Source: Bacteroidota bacterium
GTDB lineage: Bacteria > Bacteroidota > Bacteroidia > Bacteroidales > F082
DNA: 64,000 nt
NCBI GenBank assembly: GCA_020444415.1
Contig: JAHLLA010000011.1
Coordinates: 3,684 to 67,683 of the forward strand
Direction: 5' to 3'
In this document: piece by piece, positions 16,726-25,039 of the stretch
Position numbering within the stretch: the first letter of the stretch is position 1
How the letters are laid out: the number at the start of each line of letters is the position of its first letter
Position numbers and translations under genes: made by a program
The notes under the pieces: model-generated
What the model was told of the DNA's origin: nothing
Seen by the model: the letters and a program-made list of their open reading frames with translations, nothing else
The model's database searches: none

Positions 16726-18546
16726 ATGAAGAAGCCTGCTAAGCTGAAAATTACTTTTTCTTTTCTAAGGAGATTAGTGGGTTTGTTGTTGTTTTTGATT
16801 TGTTTTCATCATTCATTTGCTGCAATCGATATTTCAACTCTTGAAAAACAGCTTTCCCGGATGCAGGAAGATACGGCCAAAGTGAATGTACTGTTAAAAC
16901 TCGGCGAACATTACTGCAGCATCGAGAATGAAAAAGCCCTCGGCTTTCTTCAGGAAGCTTATACCATTTCAACATCTAAAAGCTATACCATCGGCATGGG
17001 CAAAAGCCTTTTGTGGCAAGGCCGTGTATATTATTACAAAGACGATTATCGCCTTGGCCTCAAATACTTCGACAAGGCCAAATCCATTCTTGAAAAGACG
17101 GATGAATGGAATGATATTTCTTTTATTTTTTTCGGAAAAGGTGAAATTTATAAGATCAGGGGCGATTACATCCATGCGCTTGAAATGTATAAGGAAGCCA
17201 TCAAATATGCCGAAATGGCTGGAAATGAAACTCTCTTGTCATCTTATTACGGTAGCATTGGCGTGGTGCTGTTAAACAGGAATGACATTGAAAAAGCCCT
17301 GGGATATTTTAAAAAGTCGATTGCGATGAAAGAAGCCATTGACGACCAGAAAGGCATCTCCAATATTCTGACTTGCATGGGTTTAACTTATGAAAGACTG
17401 GGCAAATTGGATTCTTCACTTTTCTACCATAAAAAGGCTTTGGAAATAAGGATCAGTCTTGAAATGGACAGGGCTATTGCCGGATCGGAATATAATATTG
17501 GCAACATTCAAACAAAGTTGGAAAACTACATTGAAGCTGAGGAAGCGCTGAATATAGCGCTCAACAACTTCTCTGCTCTTGAAGAAAAAACCGGCATGAT
17601 CATTACCAAACTGCAACTGGCGAAAACCCATAATAGGCAAGGCAAATCTGATGCCATTGAAATAGCGGAGGAGGCGCTTACTATGGCATCAAATATTGAT
17701 AATCCCAACCTGATCAGTCATGCATATAAAGTCCTGTCAGAATTATATTATACCAACAATAATTATAAGTCATCCTACGATTATCTCAAAAAGCACAAAA
17801 CCATCCAGGATAGTTTATTCAACACTGAAAAAGAAAGAATCTTAACAGAAATTGAAGAAGAGTTCCAATCTGAATTAAAAGACCGCGAAATAGCTTCCTG
17901 GAAAGACAAAAGCCGTGTTCAACAGAACAACAATATTTTATTGATCATATTGTCCATTGTTTTACTTGGCCTGTTGATATTATTTATATCCATGCTCCGG
18001 TATAAATCGACGGCATTTAAGCGACAACAACGCCTGCTTGAACAGGACAATATTATTCGTTCACAGGAAAGTAAACTGATTGAGAAAGAGAATACCATTT
18101 TGCAGGAACAACTCGAATCGAAAAATAGGGAACTGGCTGCGAAAGCCCTTGAAATGCTGCGTTTAAATGAGACTATCTCAAGTATCATCAGCAAACTCGA
18201 AGAGTTTAATCATTCGGCGGTAACGAACCCTGAAATGGTCAAACATATCAAAGAGATCATACACGACCTTGAAAATCAGACCAAACAGAATATCTGGAAT
18301 GAATTTGATAAGATTTTCAAAAATATCCACTCTGATTTCTATTCCAAATTATTGCAAATATGCCCCGACCTGACAGCTACTGAAATTAAAACAGCTGCCC
18401 TGTTAAAACTTAACCTGACCACCAAAGAAATTGCTGCCATAGCCTTCAAATCTGAAGGTGGCGTTAAGACCACACGCTATCGTTTACGTAAAAAATTAGG
18501 TCTAACAGGCGATGAAAAACTGATTCCTTTCCTAATGCAGATATAA
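16726..18546 (+). CDS. TPR-repeat, single-TM, LuxR-type HTH regulator
   Basis: It has a signal or anchor sequence, multiple TPR-like repeats and a TM helix (ILLIILSIVLLGLLILFI). The C-terminal GerE/LuxR HTH reads LTTKEIAAIAFKSEGGVKTTRYRLRKKLGL. Confidence 0.65.
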   Translation: MKKPAKLKITFSFLRRLVGLLLFLICFHHSFAAIDISTLEKQLSRMQEDTAKVNVLLKLGEHYCSIENEKALGFLQEAYTISTSKSYTIGMGKSLLWQGRVYYYKDDYRLGLKYFDKAKSILEKTDEWNDISFIFFGKGEIYKIRGDYIHALEMYKEAIKYAEMAGNETLLSSYYGSIGVVLLNRNDIEKALGYFKKSIAMKEAIDDQKGISNILTCMGLTYERLGKLDSSLFYHKKALEIRISLEMDRAIAGSEYNIGNIQTKLENYIEAEEALNIALNNFSALEEKTGMIITKLQLAKTHNRQGKSDAIEIAEEALTMASNIDNPNLISHAYKVLSELYYTNNNYKSSYDYLKKHKTIQDSLFNTEKERILTEIEEEFQSELKDREIASWKDKSRVQQNNNILLIILSIVLLGLLILFISMLRYKSTAFKRQQRLLEQDNIIRSQESKLIEKENTILQEQLESKNRELAAKALEMLRLNETISSIISKLEEFNHSAVTNPEMVKHIKEIIHDLENQTKQNIWNEFDKIFKNIHSDFYSKLLQICPDLTATEIKTAALLKLNLTTKEIAAIAFKSEGGVKTTRYRLRKKLGLTGDEKLIPFLMQI

Positions 18547-18836
18547 ATTTTTTGTCTGTATTTATCTCATTTTCTAATATTTACAATTTTTGTGACTTTT
18601 TGAAACCCAGTGCGAAACTTTTTCAAGACGCTTGAAATTTTGCATAGCTCATTTCCTGAAATACTTTCGCTTTGAAATTCCACGACACATTCGTATGGAA
18701 AAGAAAAAAGGTAAACCACAAAAAACGAAGAAGAAGAAAGTGAAAAAGTCGAAAGAGACCAATTCATTGGATGAACTCAAAAAATCATTGAAGCAACAAA
18801 AACAGGCTTTAACCAAAATCATCAAAAATATTCAAC

Positions 18837-19883
18837 ATGAAAAAGATTACTTTATTAATTGTTTCAATTGTTGCAGCACTGTCAGTGTTTTCACAAATAA
18901 CATTAACCAGCGATATTAATTTAACTTTCGGTGATACTTATCGATACGATGGTTATGAGGAGGTAACAAATATTGATCCGGGCAACGGAGGAGCCAATTT
19001 AGAATGGGACTTTAGCATGGTAAACGGTGAAATATTTATCGAAGGCGTTGGAGCCATTTGCGTTGATCCGGAAACAACACCTTTTGCAGATTCAAGCACT
19101 GTCAACAATGCTACCATTTGCACCAGGAATATCACCCCTGATGTTGGTCCCTATCAGTACTATGATAATGATAATTCATCTCAGAATCTACTTGCCATGG
19201 GATTTCTAATGCAAACAAACAATAGTTTTTCCACTTATACAGACATATGCACATCATTAGAATTCCCTTTCGCGTACGGAAACAGCTTCAATGACACCTG
19301 GGAACTAATGGGTTTTCATATTGACTATGGATATTATTTTACACGCGATTCAGCTATGTCGACCATTGAAGCTGATGCTTATGGTACAATCACAACTCCC
19401 TTGGGAGAATTTCAAAATGCATTACGAATAAAAACAACAACCATTGATTATTCATGGTATAGATACGAAGCAGGAGGCGAATGGATACCAAGCGGGCCTT
19501 TTACCGATATTGAATATGCATGGTATATTCCAAATATTAAAGTTCCCGTGATGATTATTACAGAATTGGGTGGTTTCACCAGTTATAGTGTGCGCTACCT
19601 TGTTGAATATGACTTTACAACTCAAATTGAGGACCATTTAAAACATAAATTGGAAATATTCCCGAATCCTGCAATAGACCATTCGGTTATTCGAACAGAT
19701 AACCCAATTAATCACTATGGCATCTATTCTATAAATGGCCAACAATTGGATGCACTCAATTTGCAATCACAACTATCGCATCAGCAAACAGTTGATTTAA
19801 GTAAATATCCAAAAGGCGTGTACTTCATCGAAGTAGTTCTTGATAACGGAAATATTTTAACAAAGAAAATCATAAAGTATTAA
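18837..19883 (+). CDS. secreted protein with T9SS C-terminal sorting domain, paralog of 50696..51718
   Basis: It has a signal peptide. The C-terminal block IFPNPAIDHSVI ... GVYFIEVV ... KKIIK is typical of T9SS CTDs. Confidence 0.75.
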   Translation: MKKITLLIVSIVAALSVFSQITLTSDINLTFGDTYRYDGYEEVTNIDPGNGGANLEWDFSMVNGEIFIEGVGAICVDPETTPFADSSTVNNATICTRNITPDVGPYQYYDNDNSSQNLLAMGFLMQTNNSFSTYTDICTSLEFPFAYGNSFNDTWELMGFHIDYGYYFTRDSAMSTIEADAYGTITTPLGEFQNALRIKTTTIDYSWYRYEAGGEWIPSGPFTDIEYAWYIPNIKVPVMIITELGGFTSYSVRYLVEYDFTTQIEDHLKHKLEIFPNPAIDHSVIRTDNPINHYGIYSINGQQLDALNLQSQLSHQQTVDLSKYPKGVYFIEVVLDNGNILTKKIIKY

Positions 19884-19903
19884 AAAACTCTAAAACCAAA
19901 AAC

Positions 19904-20944
19904 ATGAAAAAAACTTTAAACCTTATCATTCTTTTCCTCTTTGGTCTACTGGCTATTGAAGGATGCGTAAAGAAAGAAGATGACGCTAATCCAGTGGATC
20001 CAGACAATTCACTGATCATTGCGGAAGCAACAACGGCAAAATACGTTATCGTATCTCCATCAACCGGAGCAGTAAAAGCGGAAGTACAGCCAAATGTTAT
20101 TTCAATAAATCAACTGGCACTTGGTTATAATAGCCAGAAAGCCATCATAACCAGCAAAGAATCTGGTGGAAGTTTCGTTAAAGTGATCTATACCTGCGAC
20201 CGTGAAACCGGGGCCAACCTTTTCCAGGTTACCAGCGAGCAAATGTGGGATATTCAGTCGATGGATGCATCACGAACAACGCCTTCCATAGTTTTTCACG
20301 GACATCCTGTTGATGGAGGCGCCTCAACAAGTAATATTTTTACTGTAAACCTGGATGGCACCAATGTCCAGCAATTGACACAGAACAAAGAACTGGTGGA
20401 AGGTATTGAACTTTGGTGGCCCTATTTTCCAGCATTTTCTCCCAATGGGCAAAAAATTGCTTTCCGCGGAAACATGAGAACACCCGATCCGGGTGGTTAC
20501 TGGTGGGGACAATCTATTATTGTTATGGATGTCAATGGCTCAAACAAACAAATCCTTTACAATGAACCTGAAGCTAATTCCGGGACACACAGTGATATTT
20601 CCTGGACCCGCGATGGAAAATTCCTGGTCTTTCTTACAACTGAGGGATACAGCACACCTAATGAAAGAGTAAAGGTGCTCAGGGTTGAAGATGGTCATAT
20701 TATTGACATTACCCAAAACCTGATGGTTGATGGTTTGCACACCACCAATCTGTGTACTTCTCCTGTAAGCAATACCATCCTTTTCAACAAGTACCAGCCA
20801 GGTGGTGGCGATCTGTATGCTATTGATTATACCGTGAATAATGATCAATTCCAGATAAACGGCAGCTACAGAATGTTTGCCGCTTACGATACATATCAGT
20901 TGCATTTTGGCGCACCTGATTGGCAGCTATGGGACGGGAATTAG
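19904..20944 (+). CDS. lipoprotein with TolB/PD40-like beta-propeller repeats
   Basis: It has a lipobox (LAIEGC) and PD40-like repeats (AFSPNGQKIAFRG and ISWTRDGKFLVFL). Confidence 0.6.
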   Translation: MKKTLNLIILFLFGLLAIEGCVKKEDDANPVDPDNSLIIAEATTAKYVIVSPSTGAVKAEVQPNVISINQLALGYNSQKAIITSKESGGSFVKVIYTCDRETGANLFQVTSEQMWDIQSMDASRTTPSIVFHGHPVDGGASTSNIFTVNLDGTNVQQLTQNKELVEGIELWWPYFPAFSPNGQKIAFRGNMRTPDPGGYWWGQSIIVMDVNGSNKQILYNEPEANSGTHSDISWTRDGKFLVFLTTEGYSTPNERVKVLRVEDGHIIDITQNLMVDGLHTTNLCTSPVSNTILFNKYQPGGGDLYAIDYTVNNDQFQINGSYRMFAAYDTYQLHFGAPDWQLWDGN

Positions 20945-20977
20945 TAGCAGATTATTGAACCATTGAATTTATTGCGG

Positions 20978-21028
20978 ATGGCCGGTATATGATTGGAAAA
21001 AAGTTCCATCAAACTGCCGGCCATTTTT
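20978..21028 (+). terminator. extended hairpin plus T-run between convergent genes
   Basis: ATGGCCGG ... CCGGCCAT forms an 8-bp outer stem with an inner TGGAA/TTCCA stem, followed by TTTT. Confidence 0.5.
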
Positions 21029-21074
21029 AAAGCTACGAAAATAACATCCTTATCAGAAATACTTCGCAATATTT

Positions 21075-22610
21075 TTATTCAAGTTCCTCACCCACATAAT
21101 GAATAACAACCCTGTTGGTAATCCCGCGTTTGGTTATAGGACTGCTGGCCACAACAATTAAAGGATCACCATCATTGACAAGGTGGTTTTCCTCTAAAAA
21201 TTTGTTCATAGCCGCCACAAATTTACTACCCGATTTAGGTTGTTTCATATAGACGGGATAGATGCTATATAGCAATGACATTTGTCGAAGTCGTGTAATA
21301 TTTTCTCCAAAAGCGATGATTGGGGCCTGCATCCGCTGCTGTGACAAAAACACAGTGCTGCCACCCGAATGCATCCAGGTAATGATGAATTTCGCTTGTA
21401 TATCCCTGGTCATCAGGTGAACGCCCCTGGCCATGGTAGCTTTGCGGTTCAACTTGCCTTCATACTTCATGAATTTTCCACGGGAAGCATATTCTGATTT
21501 GATATAGTCGTTAGTCCTGTCCGCTATGCGACGCATCATTTTTACTGTTTCAACCGGATGTTTTCCAACTGCGGTTTCACCGGAAAGCATCACAGCATCC
21601 GTGCCATCCATAATGGCATTGGCCACATCTGAAACTTCAGCACGAGTAGGAACCGCTTCTGTGATCATACTCTGCAACATCTGCGTAGCCACTATAACCG
21701 GTTTGCCACGTTCCCGGCACATCCGGATGATCTTTTTCTGTAAGATGGCCACCTCCGCCAGGTCCATTTCCACACCTAAATCACCACGTGCCACCATCAC
21801 GGCATCGGTTTCTTCTAAAATTTCTTCCAGGTTATCTATCGCTTGTGGTTTTTCAATCTTACTGATGATCGGAATATAGGCATCATCCTCATATGTTGTT
21901 GAAAAACCCAAGTCACCACCGGTAACATCCAGTCCTTTTGGTCGTGCCCTCAACGCCGTCATTTTAGTCTTCAACTCTCTTATATCCTTTGCTTCCCGTA
22001 CAAAACTAAGTGCCAGAAAATCAAAACTCTTCTTGGTCGCATATTCAATGCAGCGGTGATCTTTTTCAGTAAGTGACGGAACGGACAACTGTGTATCGGG
22101 CAGGTTGACCCCTTTAGCAGAAGTTAGCAGATTGCCCTCAATTACCTCACAAATCAAATGTGCTTTATCACCCCGGCCTTTTTTACCCACACATTTCAAT
22201 GCAATATTACCATCGTCAAGCAATACACGTTCACCTGGTTTAACTTCGTCAATAAATGCAGGATAAGTAGTAGAAAATATGTTTTCTCCATCTTCTCCGC
22301 CAAGCACGGTGCTTTTCACAAAACTAACTTCCTTGCCTTTTTTTAGTAACACCCCTTCAGGAATCACTTTTCCAACCCTTATTTTAGGCCCCGATAAATC
22401 ACCCAGGATGGCCACAAATGTTTTCGTCTTTTTCTCCGCTTTCCTGATGTTGTCGATCATTTTATCAAAATCATCAAAACTGCCATGCGAAAAGTTGATG
22501 CGGAAAATCCGTACACCGGCTTCAATGAGTTTTCCGATGGTGGACACATCATTTGTAGCGGGGCCCAGTGTGGCAATTATTTTGGTCATTAAAAAATCTG
22601 CAGATGCCAT
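21075..22610 (-). CDS. pyk: pyruvate kinase
   Basis: The conserved blocks TKIIATLGPAT, RINFSHG, ISKIE and MVARGDLGVE are present. The start could instead be the Met at 22589. Confidence 0.9.
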   Translation of the reverse strand: MASADFLMTKIIATLGPATNDVSTIGKLIEAGVRIFRINFSHGSFDDFDKMIDNIRKAEKKTKTFVAILGDLSGPKIRVGKVIPEGVLLKKGKEVSFVKSTVLGGEDGENIFSTTYPAFIDEVKPGERVLLDDGNIALKCVGKKGRGDKAHLICEVIEGNLLTSAKGVNLPDTQLSVPSLTEKDHRCIEYATKKSFDFLALSFVREAKDIRELKTKMTALRARPKGLDVTGGDLGFSTTYEDDAYIPIISKIEKPQAIDNLEEILEETDAVMVARGDLGVEMDLAEVAILQKKIIRMCRERGKPVIVATQMLQSMITEAVPTRAEVSDVANAIMDGTDAVMLSGETAVGKHPVETVKMMRRIADRTNDYIKSEYASRGKFMKYEGKLNRKATMARGVHLMTRDIQAKFIITWMHSGGSTVFLSQQRMQAPIIAFGENITRLRQMSLLYSIYPVYMKQPKSGSKFVAAMNKFLEENHLVNDGDPLIVVASSPITKRGITNRVVIHYVGEELE

Positions 22611-22632
22611 ATTGGATGGATTATTTAGTTTG

Positions 22633-22640
22633 CAAATATA
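22633..22640 (-). promoter_or_regulatory. candidate -7 box for pyk
   Basis: The reverse complement reads TATATTTG and lies 22 nt upstream of ATG 22610. Confidence 0.45.
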
Positions 22641-22693
22641 CGGGTTGAAGTGGTTTTATTACTAGCTGTATAGATAAAGTAATTATTAAGAAA

Positions 22694-23338
22694 TTAAGAC
22701 CTTTTCATGGAATTTTCAAAAGGCAGACGGTTAAGAATGGATCGCCCGAGGGTAATTTCATCGGTGTATTCCAATTCGTCTCCCACGGCAACACCCCTGG
22801 CAATGGTGGTTACATTAACACCGAATTCCTTTACCAGCCTGTAAATATAAAAACTGGTTGTATCGCCTTCAACTGTAGCGGGTAATGCCAGTATGATCTC
22901 ACGGATATCCTCATGATGTATGCGTTCGATCAGGTGCTTTATAAACAGGTCGTTTGGGCCAATGCCTTCTATAGGATTGATGATGCCTCCCAGCACATGA
23001 TACAATCCGTTAAATTGAGCTGTATTTTCGATGGCCAGTACATCCCTTGTATCTTCAACAACGCAAATGGTATTTTCATCCCGTTTATGATTGGCACAAA
23101 TCTCGCATGTATCAGCATCAGAAATATTGTTACACTTCTTACAAAAAACAATTTCCTTCCTCATTTTAATGATGGATGAGCCCAGGTTTTCAGCAAACAC
23201 CTCTTCTTCTTTTAAGATATGTAATGCTAGCCGAAGTGCTGTTTTTTTTCCAATACCCGGTAAACGTGACAATTCACCAACAGCCAATTCCAATAATTTC
23301 GATGAATATTCGTTCAATATGTGATGTTTTGAATTCAT
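22694..23338 (-). CDS. recR: recombination protein RecR
   Basis: It has the HhH motif LPGIGKKTALRLALHIL, a C4 zinc finger (CKKC ... CEIC) and a Toprim region. Confidence 0.9.
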   Translation of the reverse strand: MNSKHHILNEYSSKLLELAVGELSRLPGIGKKTALRLALHILKEEEVFAENLGSSIIKMRKEIVFCKKCNNISDADTCEICANHKRDENTICVVEDTRDVLAIENTAQFNGLYHVLGGIINPIEGIGPNDLFIKHLIERIHHEDIREIILALPATVEGDTTSFYIYRLVKEFGVNVTTIARGVAVGDELEYTDEITLGRSILNRLPFENSMKRS

Positions 23339-23364
23339 ACAAAAATAGATAAATTTGTAAGCAT

Positions 23365-24096
23365 ATGAAGCCTACTATTTTTCGCCCTTTTTTACTTAGC
23401 AGCCTGTTGATGTTTCTTTTCCTGAACATGACCATTTCTCAAAATGTAACCGACCAGCAAGGCCTGAAACAGGGCAAATGGGTAAAAAACTATAATTATG
23501 GCAGCATTCGCTATGAAGGCAGTTTCATTGATGACAAGCCTACAGGTGAGTTTAAATATTACTATAAAGACGGAAGTCTGAAAGCCATCACCGTATACAG
23601 TTCCTCAGGAGATTCGGCAGCAACGAAATCCTTTTATAAAAATGGGAAAGTTATGGCTGAAGGAGTTCACTTTAAACAGCAGAAAGAAGGAAAATGGCTT
23701 TATTATAGTGACATAGATGAGGCACTTATTTCTGAAGAAAATTATAAAAACGGCCAGTTGCACGGAAAGGTGATAACCTTTTACCCGGAATCGGGAAAAC
23801 CTGCTGAAATACTTGAATATCGACAAGGTAAACGTGAAGGTCCTTTACTCAAATTTTTCCCTGAAGGCAGCATCATGACCGAAGGCACCTTTGTAAATGA
23901 TTCTTTGGACGGGAAATTCACACTTTACTGGCCTGATGGAAAAATACAGGTAAGCGGCGCCTATGAAAATGGTATGCAAAGCGGCGATTGGACCTATTTT
24001 GACGAAGAAGGCAAACCGGTTTCTGATGACGATTTCAGGTTTGAAGTATTGGAAAATGATACCATTGAATTTGATTTCCCGCCAAAAATCGATTAA
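23365..24096 (+). CDS. secreted MORN-variant repeat protein (YwqK family)
   Basis: It has a signal peptide and repeated G.w..yy.nG.l units (GKWVKNYNYGSIRYEG, GEFKYYYKDGSLKA and others). Confidence 0.6.
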   Translation: MKPTIFRPFLLSSLLMFLFLNMTISQNVTDQQGLKQGKWVKNYNYGSIRYEGSFIDDKPTGEFKYYYKDGSLKAITVYSSSGDSAATKSFYKNGKVMAEGVHFKQQKEGKWLYYSDIDEALISEENYKNGQLHGKVITFYPESGKPAEILEYRQGKREGPLLKFFPEGSIMTEGTFVNDSLDGKFTLYWPDGKIQVSGAYENGMQSGDWTYFDEEGKPVSDDDFRFEVLENDTIEFDFPPKID

Positions 24097-24105
24097 TTCC
24101 TAAAT

Positions 24106-24180
24106 CACCCATTCTCCCTTTCGCCCATTCGCCCTTTCGCCCACTCTACCTTTCACCATCTCGCAACTTCGCCCTTTCGT
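24106..24180. repeat. degenerate 8-nt periodic C-rich (plus strand) / G-rich (minus strand) tract
   Basis: There are about nine units of CCCWTTCG. Five CCC runs are spaced exactly 8 nt apart between 24108 and 24142. The tract fills the gap between two convergent stop codons. Confidence 0.8.
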
Positions 24181-24188
24181 ATTTTCTG

Positions 24189-24821
24189 TCAATAATCTAA
24201 CACTTCTCTCAGCTCCTTTAGCACAATAGGTGCTCTTTCTGATAGCCGCTCATACGATTGATGCCCATTGGCCACCAGCACACATTCAATTCCCAATTCT
24301 TCGGCCACTTCAAGATCGTGCAAACTATCACCAATTAACAACATTTCCCCCCTTTTTAAATGGATAGTATTCATAAGTTCTTTACCAATTTCCAGTTTAC
24401 TGTAGGCGTAATGATCGTGAATACCCGTAACGGCATCAAAATAGGAAAAAACCCCTTTGTCTTTTAATGAAGCTTCCAGGCTTTCATGCTCCATTGCTGA
24501 TAACACCGCCTGGTAATAATCCCTGTTTTTGAATTCAATCAGTACATCTTTTACACAAGGAAACAAATCTGCCGAATTCAGGCTTTCATGATACAAATTG
24601 ATAAATTCCATAGCCGGAACCTCAAATGCTTCCTTTTTGAGATCAATACCGGCCTCCATGTAATAATTTTTCACCGGAAAAGTAAAAATTTCACGGTATT
24701 TCTGTGTATCAAGTAATTCAAGTCCCCTTTTTTCCAACACCCTGTTCATGCATGCTACACATATTTCCGTATCATTCAATAAAGTTCCATTCCAGTCCCA
24801 GATGATTGCTTTCTTGGTCAT
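24189..24821 (-). CDS. HAD-superfamily hydrolase (phosphoglycolate-phosphatase-like subfamily IA)
   Basis: Motif I reads IWDWNGTLLND, and the C-terminal motif reads LIGDSLHDLEVA. Confidence 0.7.
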   Translation of the reverse strand: MTKKAIIWDWNGTLLNDTEICVACMNRVLEKRGLELLDTQKYREIFTFPVKNYYMEAGIDLKKEAFEVPAMEFINLYHESLNSADLFPCVKDVLIEFKNRDYYQAVLSAMEHESLEASLKDKGVFSYFDAVTGIHDHYAYSKLEIGKELMNTIHLKRGEMLLIGDSLHDLEVAEELGIECVLVANGHQSYERLSERAPIVLKELREVLDY

Positions 24822-25039
24822 TCCTATATTATTTACAAATACTTTATTTAATGATACTTACAATGATCCCAAACCACTTTCAAATATTAAAAGGCGAAAT
24901 TAAATATTTATATTAGAAGAAGGATAGATCAGTTGCTTTTTCAGTAAACTAAAGGTCTGTTGGTAAAAGCAATAATTATTATGTATCTTCGGTTTTATAT
25001 TTATCCTTAAAAATAATACATTCTGCAAAAGAAAAAGAA

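Noticed and set aside
23340-23357. Back-to-back TAnnTTTG-like boxes in the 26-nt recR/MORN-protein divergent spacer.
   Set aside because: Each box lies only 2-7 nt from the start codon it would serve, which is too close for the usual -7 to start-site geometry. They are not called as promoters.
23365-24096. The YwqK-family (so-called antitoxin) protein as part of a toxin-antitoxin system.
   Set aside because: It has a secretion signal and MORN-type repeats, and no adjacent small toxin gene. Its neighbours are recR (divergent) and a convergent HAD hydrolase.
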